Source: an uncultured Sneathiellales bacterium
GTDB lineage: Bacteria > Pseudomonadota > Alphaproteobacteria > CAYFNG01
DNA: 64,000 bases
Direction: 5' to 3'
Assembly: GCA_964344385.1 (NCBI GenBank)
Contig: CAYFNG010000005.1
Coordinates: 23,583 to 87,582 of the forward strand
Shown: positions 28,910 through 37,966 of the stretch, piece by piece
How positions within the stretch are numbered: position 1 is the stretch's first letter
Layout of the letters: the number at the start of each line of letters is the position of its first letter
Made by a program: the position numbers and the translations under genes
Notes under the pieces: generated by a model
What the model saw: only the letters and a program-made list of their open reading frames with translations
Told to the model about the DNA's origin: nothing
Database searches by the model: none

Positions 28910-29212
28910 ATGCGTCTTTCCTTGTTTTACGGGCCGGCGATTGCCGCGGTTTTGGTCCTGCCGGCCGCCGCCCAGCCGACCGATGCGGGCCACGCCGATA
29001 CGGTCAACGGCCTGCGCCAGGCCGATTGGCAGGTGGTGAAGAAGGTCGAACGGGACGAATGGGTCAAGGGCGAAGCGCCTTACGAGAACCTGCGCCGGCT
29101 GATCTACACCGCCGTCTATACCCTGGAAAAGAACGGCCGGACGCGCACCTGCACGCTGACCCGCGACCTGATGACCGACAAGTTCACGGAGCGCTGCTCG
29201 GCGGCGGAGTAG
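28910..29212 (+). CDS. Small secreted hypothetical protein (100 aa, signal peptide)
   Basis: Signal peptide MRLSLFYGPAIAAVLVLPAAAQP. Two Cys. Confidence 0.5.
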   Translation: MRLSLFYGPAIAAVLVLPAAAQPTDAGHADTVNGLRQADWQVVKKVERDEWVKGEAPYENLRRLIYTAVYTLEKNGRTRTCTLTRDLMTDKFTERCSAAE

Positions 29213-29254
29213 TGCAGAGCGCCTGATCTCGGCCAGGCGATTGCGAATAACCCC

Positions 29255-31315
29255 TCACCCCAACTCCGGCTCTTCGGTCCGGAACGGTTCTTCGGTCGCG
29301 TCCAGGCCGCGGGCGTAGGCGTGGCCGGAATAGATCGCGGTGGCGATGGCGCCGGGCGCGTGGGCGTCGCCGATCGGGGTGAGGCTGGCGATGCCGGCTG
29401 CCGACAACACCGCCGGATCGGCCATCAGTTCCCGGTAAAGGCCGTCGTTGCGTTGGCGCGTGCCGGCCACCACCAGGGTGGCGCAGGGGATGTCGATTTC
29501 GCGGCCGCTGTAGGTGCAGATCGCGGTCAGGGCCTCGCCATCGAACCGGGCCACACGATGGGCCGTGACCAGTCGGACGCCCAGCTCCAGCAGCCGCGAT
29601 TGGGCGTGGGCGTGTTCGTTGGTCTCGCGGCCCCAGGTCGAAACTTCGGCGGCGTTGGTGACCAGGGTCACGGGATGCCCATCTAGGGCCAGCTTCTCGG
29701 CGATGACACCGCCGATGTAGTGGTTATCGAAATCGAAGACCGTCACCGGGCCCCGCACCTGGGCACCCGCCATCACCTCGCCCGCGCCCAGTACGGTCCC
29801 GCCTTCGGGCGCCGCGACCGGTGCCGCATCGGGGCCGAGCAGCTGACGGCTCCAGCCGGCGCCGGTGGCGATGGCGACATGATCGGCGCCGAAGTCGAGG
29901 ATGTCTTTGGCGGTCATGCGGCTACCGAGATGCACCGCGACGTTCGGCATCTCAGCCAACCGCCCGACCCGCCAATCGCGCACCCGGGCCCAGGTGGCGA
30001 GGCCGGGCAGCGCCGCCTCCCCATTGATGCGGCCGCCCAGTTCGCCCGTCGCCTCGGCCAGGGTCACGTCATAACCGCGTTGCCCTAAGGCGCGGGCCGC
30101 TTCCAGCCCGGCCGGGCCGCCGCCGACCACCAGGACGCGTGCCTCCGAGCCTTTCGGCGGGATCCGCTCCGGATGCCAGCCGCGCCGCCATTCCTCACCC
30201 ATGGTCGGGTTCTGGGTGCAGCGGATCGGCGTGCCCATGCGATAGGTGGCGATGCACATGTTGCAGCCGATGCATTCGCGGATTTCGTCGATCCGACCAT
30301 CACGGATCTTATTGGGCAGGAAGGGATCGGCGATCGACGGCCGGGCGGCGCCGATCAGGTCGACCACACCGCGGCGGACCTGGGCGGCCATGGTGTCGGG
30401 CGAGGTGAAATGCCCGACCGCCAGCACCGGCTTGCTGGTCACCGACTTGGCGAAGCCCATCATCACTTCCATATAACCTTCGCCCGAGAACCGGGCCGAG
30501 GGCGGATCCCAATCAGCGGTGCCCTTCAGGTCCCAGAGGTCGGGCTCCTCGGCCAGCAGTTCGAGGACCTCCCTTGCGTCACCGGTGCCGTGGGCCCGGT
30601 CCTGGGCGATCAACTCGTCGATCGACAGCCGCACCGCGACGCCGCACCGGTCACCGACCGCGTCCTTGGTGTCGCGGATCATCTCCTTGAGGAGCCGGGC
30701 CCGGTTTTCCAGCGAGCCGCCATATTCGTCCCCGCGCTGGTTGAGGTGGCGCAGCAGGAACTGCAACGGCCCGAAGCTGTTGCCGGCATAGACATAGACG
30801 ACGTCGAAGCCGGCCTGGACCGCCCGCCTGGCCGCCGCGACCTGCCAATGCCGCAGGTCCTTGATATCGGCCTTCGACATTGCGGCTTTGCCCTGTGGGT
30901 AGGAATAGCGCTGGTAGCCGGTATGCCAGCCGACCCCGGAGGGGGTCAGCGACGGGGTGCGGCTGTAGATGTTGGGGGCATAGGTGCCACCGTGCCAAAG
31001 CTCGATCCCGGCCAGGGCGCCATGTTCGTGCACCGCCTCGACGGTGAGGGCATGGGATTTGATATCGGCCTGGTTCCAGATCCGGCTGTGGGGATAGGGG
31101 GCGTCGTCGGAACTGGGGTGGATCGAGCAATAACCGGTACACACCACGCCCCAGCCGCCCTCGGCTTTGACCCGGCGGATCTCGGCCCGGGTCCGGGGTA
31201 GGGGATGGCCGGCGCCGGTCGCATGCGGCACCTGGTAGAACCGGTTCGGCGCCGTGACCGGACCGATCGCCACCGGTTCGAACAACACATCGTATCGCGG
31301 ATCCCGCGCCACCAC
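29255..31315 (-). CDS. OYE-family NADH:flavin oxidoreductase fused to 4Fe-4S and FAD/NAD(P)-binding domains (2,4-dienoyl-CoA reductase / trimethylamine dehydrogenase-like)
   Basis: TIM-barrel OYE domain (…HGALAGIELWHGG…), Cys cluster CIGCNMCI…C, then a GxGxxG domain VLVVGGGPAGLEAA. Confidence 0.85.
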   Translation of the reverse strand: MVARDPRYDVLFEPVAIGPVTAPNRFYQVPHATGAGHPLPRTRAEIRRVKAEGGWGVVCTGYCSIHPSSDDAPYPHSRIWNQADIKSHALTVEAVHEHGALAGIELWHGGTYAPNIYSRTPSLTPSGVGWHTGYQRYSYPQGKAAMSKADIKDLRHWQVAAARRAVQAGFDVVYVYAGNSFGPLQFLLRHLNQRGDEYGGSLENRARLLKEMIRDTKDAVGDRCGVAVRLSIDELIAQDRAHGTGDAREVLELLAEEPDLWDLKGTADWDPPSARFSGEGYMEVMMGFAKSVTSKPVLAVGHFTSPDTMAAQVRRGVVDLIGAARPSIADPFLPNKIRDGRIDEIRECIGCNMCIATYRMGTPIRCTQNPTMGEEWRRGWHPERIPPKGSEARVLVVGGGPAGLEAARALGQRGYDVTLAEATGELGGRINGEAALPGLATWARVRDWRVGRLAEMPNVAVHLGSRMTAKDILDFGADHVAIATGAGWSRQLLGPDAAPVAAPEGGTVLGAGEVMAGAQVRGPVTVFDFDNHYIGGVIAEKLALDGHPVTLVTNAAEVSTWGRETNEHAHAQSRLLELGVRLVTAHRVARFDGEALTAICTYSGREIDIPCATLVVAGTRQRNDGLYRELMADPAVLSAAGIASLTPIGDAHAPGAIATAIYSGHAYARGLDATEEPFRTEEPELG

Positions 31316-31437
31316 ACACCTCCCAGATCGGACCAGGCGCCCACGCTAATCAGGGCAGAGGGTGTGCGCAACGGGAAACGGCGGCGCCACTGGGTGGGAG
31401 CGCCGCCGCTGCTTGCCCGGAGGAGAGAACGGGCCGG

Positions 31438-31842
31438 CTATTTCTCGAGGTCGCGAAACTTGCGGGCCAGGTTGAACTCGGCCGAGGTGACGTGGCGTTC
31501 GATGTCGCGCAGGCGCGCTTCCAGGTCCCGGAAGGTGTGGCGTAGCGACGAGAAGGTGCGGTCGGGCGCGGTCGAGACCGAGCGCCAGAAGACCTCTTCC
31601 TCGCCCGAGGCGTAAACCCGGTCGGGGCGCCGGGGGAGGAAGATCACCGCGGCGATATAGGCCAGCACCGCCGGCACGGTGAAGAAGATGCCGCCGGCGA
31701 TCGCCGCCAGGCGCATGGTCCAGGGCGCGACCCCGAAATAGTCGGCAACCCCGGCACAGACGCCGAACAGGATCCCGTTTTCGGTATTGCGGAACAGCCG
31801 GTGCGGGTTGGGCGAACGGAAGCTGTCATATTCCGTCGTCAT
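31438..31842 (-). CDS. pspC: Phage shock protein C
   Basis: PspC domain (RLFRNTENGILFGVCAGVADYFGVAPWTMRLAAI) plus a TM helix. The ATGA start/stop overlap with pspB. Confidence 0.85.
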   Translation of the reverse strand: MTTEYDSFRSPNPHRLFRNTENGILFGVCAGVADYFGVAPWTMRLAAIAGGIFFTVPAVLAYIAAVIFLPRRPDRVYASGEEEVFWRSVSTAPDRTFSSLRHTFRDLEARLRDIERHVTSAEFNLARKFRDLEK

Positions 31843-32069
31843 TGTTGGTTCCTCCATTCGGGGGTTTCGGCGTCCAGGATGGTCTCCAGGGTGGCGATCC
31901 GGTTTTCCATCTTGCGGACGGATTCCCAGATTTCGACCAGCATGCGTTCGTCGTCGGTGGTCAGGCCCTTGGCCGCCTTCCAGCGCGCCAGATAGTGGAA
32001 CACGATCCACAAGGGCGCCACGAACGCCATGAAGATTACCATCGGCACGAAGAAAAACAGCGATCCCAT
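31839..32069 (-). CDS. pspB: Phage shock protein B
   Basis: 76 aa. N-terminal TM, then …LVEIWESVRKMENRIATLETILD, the typical PspB region. Confidence 0.8.
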   Translation of the reverse strand: MGSLFFFVPMVIFMAFVAPLWIVFHYLARWKAAKGLTTDDERMLVEIWESVRKMENRIATLETILDAETPEWRNQQ

Positions 32070-32115
32070 GATCTTACCTTTTCCGTCTACGCGTTCAGGC
32101 CGGCGGGGTTGTTTC

Positions 32116-32140
32116 CAACGGTCATTGGGAATGACCGTTG
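32116..32140 (-). terminator. Intra-operon hairpin between pspA and pspB (11-bp perfect stem CAACGGTCATT/AATGACCGTTG, GGG loop)
   Basis: Perfect inverted repeat in the 188-bp pspA-pspB spacer. No clear U-tract, so a partial terminator or attenuator. Confidence 0.4.
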
Positions 32141-32257
32141 ATCAGTCCCTCAAACGCCGGGCGCATTTCTCCGAAACGCTTGGCTTCCGGCACACAAGCG
32201 CCGACGCACGTTTGTGCTTGCCACCGGGCCATGAGCCACGCTCACTGCCCGATGGAA

Positions 32258-32953
32258 CTACGACTTGGCCGGCTTCTTGGCCGATTTGGCCTTGACTGCC
32301 TTGGCCTTCAGGGCCTCCAACTCGGCCTCGACCTTGGACTCGACCTCCAGGTCACCGAATTCCTCGGCCAGGCTCTTCTTGCGTTCACCGCCCAGATCAT
32401 AAGCCTCGACCTGCCCGTTCACCTCGTCCAGCTTCCTTTCCATATAGTCAAAGCGGTCGATCACGTCATCGACCTTGCGATTGTGCAGTTCGACCCGCAC
32501 TTTCAGCCGGTTGCCGGCGGTCTTGGTCCGCATGGTCATCGCCTTCTGGCGCGACTTGGCATGATCGAGCTTTTCCTGCAGCTTGGCGATATCGTCGCTG
32601 GCCTTGGCCAGGTCTTCGTCGATCCGGGCCATGTCCTCGTCCAACTGGTCGCGGGTTTCGACCAGCTTGGCCTTGGCGACCAGGGCCGCCTTGGCCAGGT
32701 CTTCGCGGTCCTTCTCCAGCGCCAGTTCCGCCTTGCGCTGCCATTCGTCGATCTGGGCGGTCAGCCGCTCCCGCTGGCGTCCCAGTTCCTTGGTCTCGGC
32801 GATGGTGCGGGCGGCGCCCGAGCGGGCCTCAACCAGCGTGTCCTCCATCTCCTGGATCATCAGCCGAACGATCTTTTCCGGATCCTCGGCCTTGTCGAGA
32901 ATGGCGTTGACGTTGGAATTGATGATGTCGGTGAGGCGCGAGAAAATGCTCAT
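32258..32953 (-). CDS. pspA: Phage shock protein A (PspA/IM30 family)
   Basis: MSIFSRLTDIINSNVNAILDKAEDPEKIVRLMIQEMEDTLVEARS…, a canonical PspA coiled-coil protein. Confidence 0.95.
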   Translation of the reverse strand: MSIFSRLTDIINSNVNAILDKAEDPEKIVRLMIQEMEDTLVEARSGAARTIAETKELGRQRERLTAQIDEWQRKAELALEKDREDLAKAALVAKAKLVETRDQLDEDMARIDEDLAKASDDIAKLQEKLDHAKSRQKAMTMRTKTAGNRLKVRVELHNRKVDDVIDRFDYMERKLDEVNGQVEAYDLGGERKKSLAEEFGDLEVESKVEAELEALKAKAVKAKSAKKPAKS

Positions 32954-33177
32954 CTGTCCTGTTCCGTGGTCTTGGCGGCACCGCCCATCGGCGCCGTCAT
33001 TTGGGGTTGGTAACTGAGGTCCGGTGCCACATCCTGGACCCGGCGCAGGTCAGCCAGCCAGACAAAGGCCAGCAGGATCAGGGGCACCGCGATCACGCCG
33101 ACCAGGACTTGGGTGATGGCCCGTGGGTCGATCATCGATCCGGCCCTGCCTGCACCACTGGTCGCGCTCTGCATCTG
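32950..33177 (-). CDS. Small single-TM protein, translationally coupled (ATGA) upstream of pspA
   Basis: ORF ending 4 nt into pspA. One TM helix (ITQVLVGVIAVPLILLAFVWLADL). Lies downstream of the sigma54 promoter. Start uncertain (33177 or 33135). Confidence 0.35.
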   Translation of the reverse strand, partial: QMQSATSGAGRAGSMIDPRAITQVLVGVIAVPLILLAFVWLADLRRVQDVAPDLSYQPQMTAPMGGAAKTTEQDR

Positions 33178-33247
33178 CACCCTCCTGTCGTCGGGACGGT
33201 CCGTCTCTGCGGTTCCGTCGCTTGCCCGATACATAGCAGGGAGCGTG

Positions 33248-33263
33248 CCAATTCGGGCCGGCC
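33248..33263 (-). promoter_or_regulatory. Sigma54 promoter of the psp operon (minus strand TGGCACG-ctcc-cTGCt)
   Basis: The reverse complement of 33248-33263 reads TTGGCACGCTCCCTGCT: perfect -24 and a GC at -12 with correct spacing. Sits in the divergent pspF-pspA intergenic region. Confidence 0.65.
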
Positions 33264-33378
33264 AGATAAGGCATTGAAATTTATGGGTAAAATTCCGGAC
33301 CGATTTTTGACTTCTTGATATAGTGGTGAAAATCGCTAAATAAATGGTGAGAAAAACCTATTAATCGATTTTTTTACC

Positions 33379-34353
33379 ATGGACCTGCCGCAGATCGTCG
33401 GACAATCACCGCCCTGGCTGGAACTGCTGGAGCAGATCAGCCGGGTCGCGCCCCTGGACAAGCCGGTGCTGGTGATCGGCGAACGCGGCACCGGCAAGGA
33501 ACTGATCGCGGCCCGGCTGCATTTCCTGTCGCAGCGTTGGAACGCGCCGTTCGTCAAGTTGAACTGCGCCGCGCTGCCCGAGACATTGCTGGAGACCGAG
33601 CTGTTCGGCCATGAAGCAGGCGCCTTCACCGGCGCCGGCAAGCAGCGCCTGGGCCGTTTCGAACTGGCCGATGGCGGCACATTGTTCCTGGACGAGATCG
33701 CCAACGCCTCGCTGGCGGTCCAGGAGAAGATCCTCAGGGTGATCGAGTATGGCGAGTTCGAGCGGGTGGGCTCCAGCGCCACGCAAAGCGTCGATGTCCG
33801 GGTGATCGGCGCCACCCATGTCGACCTGCCGACGGCGGCGCGGGCCGGCCACTTTCGCGAAGACCTGCTGGATCGGCTGGCCTTCGATGTCGCCACCGTG
33901 CCGCCGTTGAAGGCGCGGGGCGAGGATATCCATTTGCTGGCCCGGCATTTCGGGGCCCGTATGGCGCGCGAGTTGGAACTCGAGAGCTTCGCCGGGTTCG
34001 CGCCTGAGGTCGAAGCCGAACTGGCCGCTTACCGCTGGCCGGGCAATGTCCGCGAGCTTCGCAATGTGGTCGAGCGGGCCGTCTATCGCCAAGCCGACCC
34101 CGAGGCGCCGATCGCGGCCGTCGTCTTCGACCCCTTCGCCTCGCCCTACCGACCGGGGCGGCCGGACCCGGAAGACGCGAAAGAGGCGCCAGAGGAGCCC
34201 TACGACTTCCAGGCCCGGGTCCGCGACCTGGAAACCGATTGGCTGGGCGCCGCCCTGGCCCGCAACCACCACCACCAACGCCGCACCGCCGAATTCCTGG
34301 GCCTGACCTATCACCAGCTGCGCGGCTACATGCGAAAATACGATTTACCTTAA
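33379..34353 (+). CDS. pspF: Psp operon transcriptional activator (sigma54 enhancer-binding protein without a regulatory domain)
   Basis: AAA+ sigma54-interaction domain starts at residue ~5 (VLVIGERGTGKELIAARLH, GAFTGA present, ESFAGFAPE). C-terminal HTH. Divergent from pspA. Confidence 0.9.
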   Translation: MDLPQIVGQSPPWLELLEQISRVAPLDKPVLVIGERGTGKELIAARLHFLSQRWNAPFVKLNCAALPETLLETELFGHEAGAFTGAGKQRLGRFELADGGTLFLDEIANASLAVQEKILRVIEYGEFERVGSSATQSVDVRVIGATHVDLPTAARAGHFREDLLDRLAFDVATVPPLKARGEDIHLLARHFGARMARELELESFAGFAPEVEAELAAYRWPGNVRELRNVVERAVYRQADPEAPIAAVVFDPFASPYRPGRPDPEDAKEAPEEPYDFQARVRDLETDWLGAALARNHHHQRRTAEFLGLTYHQLRGYMRKYDLP

Positions 34354-34378
34354 GGGTTTGTCTTACAAAGTGGCCGTT

Positions 34379-34455
34379 CCATCCCGCTCCCCCTCCCAAC
34401 CACCCATTGATGGTACCCTGGTGGGTGGTTGGGAGGGGGAGCGGGATGGAACAGG
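34379..34455. repeat. GC-rich palindromic dispersed repeat, copy B (27-bp perfect arms, 17-nt loop ATTGATGGTACCCTGGT)
   Basis: ccatcccgctccccctcccaaccaccc / gggtggttgggagggggagcgggatgg are exact reverse complements. Lies 3' of pspF and could double as a terminator. Confidence 0.8.
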
Positions 34456-34581
34456 CTTCCCGTAAGTCGCCGATAGTGACTTACGGACAAAATATCACAG
34501 GTTGTTGAGCCGAGCTTCGGCCATCGCCAAGGGGCGGAAGATGCTTTAGGCTAAGGCACTTGATGGCGCGACGGAGGGGTC

Positions 34582-35595
34582 ATGCAGGGTCGCTATCGGC
34601 TGTTCGGAAGTCTGGGCTCACCCTATTCGATGAAGATGCGGGCGATCCTGCGCTACCGGCGCCTGCCGTTCGACTGGGTACTGCTGAATGATGCCAACCG
34701 GGCCGAGATCGCCCATGTCAAGCCGGCGATCATCCCGGTGCTGTGGTTCCCCGAAAGCGGCGCCCACCGGGTCGATTCGACGCCGCTGATCTACGACCTG
34801 GAGCGCCGCCACCCAGGCGCCCGGTCGATCCTGCCCGCCGATCCCGGTCACGCCTTCCTGGCCCAATTGCTGGAGGACATGGCCGACGAATGGGGCACCA
34901 AGATCATGTTCCACTATCGCTGGGCGGCCGAGATCGATCAGCTTTATGTCAGCCGCTGGCTGGTCAGTTCCCGGCTGGGCCCGACCGACGATGCGACGGT
35001 GGCGGAAGCGGCCGAGATCTTCCGCCAGCGCCAGGTCGGGCGCATGCCGCTGGTCGGTTGCACCCCGGAGAACGCACCGCTGATCGAGGAGAGCTTCGAC
35101 CGGTTGCTGAAAATCCTCGAGCGGCACCTGACCCGCCACGCCTTTCTGTTCGGCAGCCGCCCGTCGCTGGCCGATTTCGGCTGGTTCGGCCAGCTCTATC
35201 AATTGGCGGTCGACCCGACCCCGATGGCAATCCTGCGCGAACGGGCGCCGCGCACCTATCAATGGGTCGGGCGGATCGACGATGCCTCGGGCGTCGAGGG
35301 CAACTGGCTGGATCCGGCAGCCCCGCTGCCCGTAGCGGTCAGCGAGCTGCTGCACCTGGCCGGCGCGCTCTATCTGCCGTTCCTGGCGGCCAATCAGGCC
35401 GCCAGCGAGCGGGGCGAAGACAGGTTCCGTTTTTCCGCTCTGGGCCTTGACTACGCCCAGGCCACTTTCCGCTATCAGATCAAGTGCTTGAGCTGGCTGC
35501 GCGAGGCCTTTGCCGGGCTTGAGGGCGAACCCAGAAAGCGGGTCGAGGCGGCGCTTGACGGTACCGGTTGCCTGGAGGTTCTGCGGGGGGTATGA
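34582..35595 (+). CDS. Glutathione S-transferase family protein
   Basis: Thioredoxin-like N-domain with G-site (GSPYSMKMRAIL) and a GST C-terminal helical domain. Confidence 0.75.
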   Translation: MQGRYRLFGSLGSPYSMKMRAILRYRRLPFDWVLLNDANRAEIAHVKPAIIPVLWFPESGAHRVDSTPLIYDLERRHPGARSILPADPGHAFLAQLLEDMADEWGTKIMFHYRWAAEIDQLYVSRWLVSSRLGPTDDATVAEAAEIFRQRQVGRMPLVGCTPENAPLIEESFDRLLKILERHLTRHAFLFGSRPSLADFGWFGQLYQLAVDPTPMAILRERAPRTYQWVGRIDDASGVEGNWLDPAAPLPVAVSELLHLAGALYLPFLAANQAASERGEDRFRFSALGLDYAQATFRYQIKCLSWLREAFAGLEGEPRKRVEAALDGTGCLEVLRGV

Positions 35596-35653
35596 AACAC
35601 TATGTGCGTTCGGCCTGGTGGCCTGGGGTTTGTCTGAACTGGAGGTTTGGGCC

Positions 35654-36058
35654 ATGCTGACCATCGATCCCGACAAGGTGTGTTACATCATCGTCAAGGC
35701 GCGCGAGTTCGACGCCAAGGTCGACCCGCCGCTGGCCGATCCGGGCAGCAACCCGGGCGACGACGGATCGGGGATTGTTCTCGGCGACTATCCCAGCGAC
35801 CCGACCCTGCAGGAGCTGATGACCGCGCTGCGCGACCTGCCCGAGGACGAGAGCGTCGAGGTGGTTGCCCTGACCTGGCTGGGCCGCGGCACCTTCAGCA
35901 CCGACGAATGGGATGCCTGCCTGGAAGAGGCCCGCAGCGCCCACAACAACCGCACCGCCGAATACCTGACCGGCATCCCGCTGCTGTCGGACTATCTGGA
36001 AGAAGGCCTGGCGCAGCTCGGCTATGACTGCGAAGACTTCGAAATGGGGCGGATGTAG
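35654..36058 (+). CDS. DUF3775 domain protein
   Basis: GGAGG RBS 8 nt upstream. Acidic 134-aa protein with the …DPDKVCYIIVKAREFDAK… N-terminus typical of DUF3775. Confidence 0.6.
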   Translation: MLTIDPDKVCYIIVKAREFDAKVDPPLADPGSNPGDDGSGIVLGDYPSDPTLQELMTALRDLPEDESVEVVALTWLGRGTFSTDEWDACLEEARSAHNNRTAEYLTGIPLLSDYLEEGLAQLGYDCEDFEMGRM

Positions 36059-36087
36059 CGGCCCACGATTGCTGGTCCAGGATCTTC

Positions 36088-36606
36088 CTATTCCGGTTTG
36101 ACAAAAAACCGGTGACTGACCCGAAACTCCCGGATCAATTTTCGTTTGGTGGTGCGAAAGACCACAAACAACAGTGCGTACCCGCTGCACAACCCGACCC
36201 AGACTTGGAATTCCCAAATCCGAATAGGAGACACTAAAATCAGGGCGAATATCAGGGGTGCCGAAACGATAATCCCCAATAGCGTCCATTCAATTCGCCT
36301 CGCTATAGTCTCTTGGCTATCGTTCTCCAGAACCAGGCCAGCGTGGTTTGCACCCCACGGGTAGTAGACTTTCGTCCGACCTGGATCCTGTTGAATGTTG
36401 CGCTCGGCAAATCTTGAAACGCGACGCCGCAAGGCAAGGAAGCATATGACACAACAGGCCCTAAACCCGACACGCAACGGCTCGGACAGTCTGCACTCCC
36501 CCGCGGTCACATCTTGATGGGCCGAACGCGCACTTTGGCCACCTTGCCGGATCGGCGGTCGTTTCCGCCCGAATGGCGTCATTTTATTCCGCCTCCCTCT
36601 AGACAA
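36088..36606 (-). CDS. Hypothetical membrane protein (C-terminal 2 TM), start uncertain
   Basis: ORF in a lower-GC patch. The C-terminal half is hydrophobic. No internal Met. Weak support. Confidence 0.25.
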   Translation of the reverse strand: MSRGRRNKMTPFGRKRPPIRQGGQSARSAHQDVTAGECRLSEPLRVGFRACCVICFLALRRRVSRFAERNIQQDPGRTKVYYPWGANHAGLVLENDSQETIARRIEWTLLGIIVSAPLIFALILVSPIRIWEFQVWVGLCSGYALLFVVFRTTKRKLIREFRVSHRFFVKPE

Positions 36607-36902
36607 GCGATAAAACGAGCGGCACCGGCAACGTTCCCCAGCTCAACGGTGATCGGCCCACAAAGGTTGGTTTTAGCCAAGGTCATGAGCGTGCTTTCAT
36701 CACGCGAAACCGCCTCCAATCCGCGTATGACATAGTCGCTGGTTGCGGGTCCGATCGGGCCGGTGATTTCGAGCAGGACAGCCCGGCTGGCTGCGGCGTC
36801 GCGGACAATGCCGGACACCAACAGGGTTCCCAGAAGAAGGATTTGGAACAACCGGATCAATTCGCCCTCTTGAAACGACCGGACCGATCGGATCACAACC
36901 AT
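36579..36902 (-). pseudogene. Truncated NfeD-like (membrane-bound ClpP-class protease) N-terminal fragment
   Basis: …AVLLEITGPIGPATSDYVIRGLEA… matches the NfeD N-terminal motif, but the ORF ends after ~100 aa without the rest of the ClpP-like domain or an OB domain. The surrounding DNA has ~50% GC. Confidence 0.45.
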
Positions 36903-37195
36903 TGATCACCTATTTGTGACGACAACCGTCAATATGACGTTAAAATTGCATTTAGAATCGATATCAACTGAACGCGGGTATTTGAGAGTTTTTCCAGCCC
37001 TAAACAATTATTTCGCGTAGAGCCTGGCCGAAACCGGCGAATCCCCGGGGGCGGCGGCGGCAATGAAGCCGGATGTTCGCCAGCGATTGGCCATGGCCCC
37101 GGACATGTGCTATTGGCACGGGATCGCGCCTGCGGTCCGGGTACCGAGCGGCGCCGACACATCACAGGGGCAGGGCGAAACAGGGACTGGGCGAG

Positions 37196-37966
37196 ATGGA
37201 AGCCAATACCGTACGTGAGAAGTGGAAGGCCGGTCAGCCGGTGCTGAACGCATGGCTGGCCATCCCCGACGGGTTTGCCGCCGAAGTCATGGCGGCCCAG
37301 GGCTGGGACAGTGTCACCGTCGACATGCAGCACGGCATCGTCGACTACCAGTCGGCCGTGCGCCTGTTGCAAGCGGTCCGGGGCAGCGGCGCCACCCCGC
37401 TGGTGCGGGTGCCGTGGAACGAACCCGGGATCATCATGAAGAGCCTCGACGCCGGCGCCTTTGGCGTGATCTGCCCGATGGTCAACAGCCGCGAAGATGC
37501 GGAACGCCTGGTTGCCGCCTGCCGCTATGCGCCGGCCGGCAGCCGCAGTTTCGGGCCGAGCCGGGCCGTGATCTCGGCCGGCGCTGACTATTTCGAGCAC
37601 GCCAACCAGTCCGTCATCACCTTCGCCATGATTGAGACCGCCGAAGCGCTGGGCAATCTCGATCAAATCCTCTCGGTGCCGGGTTTGGACGCGGTCTATG
37701 TCGGACCATCCGACCTGGCGATCAGCCTCGGCCATCCGCCGAATCCCGACCCGGACGAGCCCGAGGTGGTCAAGGCAATCACCCATATCCGCGAAACCTG
37801 CGCCAACCACCGGGTCGTGGCCGGGATCCACACCGGGTCGCCGGAGCGGGCCGCCACGATGTTCAAGGAGGGCTTCGCCTTCGCCACCATCGGCAGCGAC
37901 GCGCGCCTGATGGCGTCGGCAGCCCAGGCGGCGGTGCGCGAAACCTGGAGCCGATACGAGGGCTGA
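37196..37966 (+). CDS. HpcH/HpaI-family 2-keto-3-deoxy-acid aldolase
   Basis: TIM-barrel class II aldolase. …FAMIETAEALGNLDQILSVPGLDAVYVGPSDL… metal-binding Glu/Asp region. Confidence 0.8.
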   Translation: MEANTVREKWKAGQPVLNAWLAIPDGFAAEVMAAQGWDSVTVDMQHGIVDYQSAVRLLQAVRGSGATPLVRVPWNEPGIIMKSLDAGAFGVICPMVNSREDAERLVAACRYAPAGSRSFGPSRAVISAGADYFEHANQSVITFAMIETAEALGNLDQILSVPGLDAVYVGPSDLAISLGHPPNPDPDEPEVVKAITHIRETCANHRVVAGIHTGSPERAATMFKEGFAFATIGSDARLMASAAQAAVRETWSRYEG

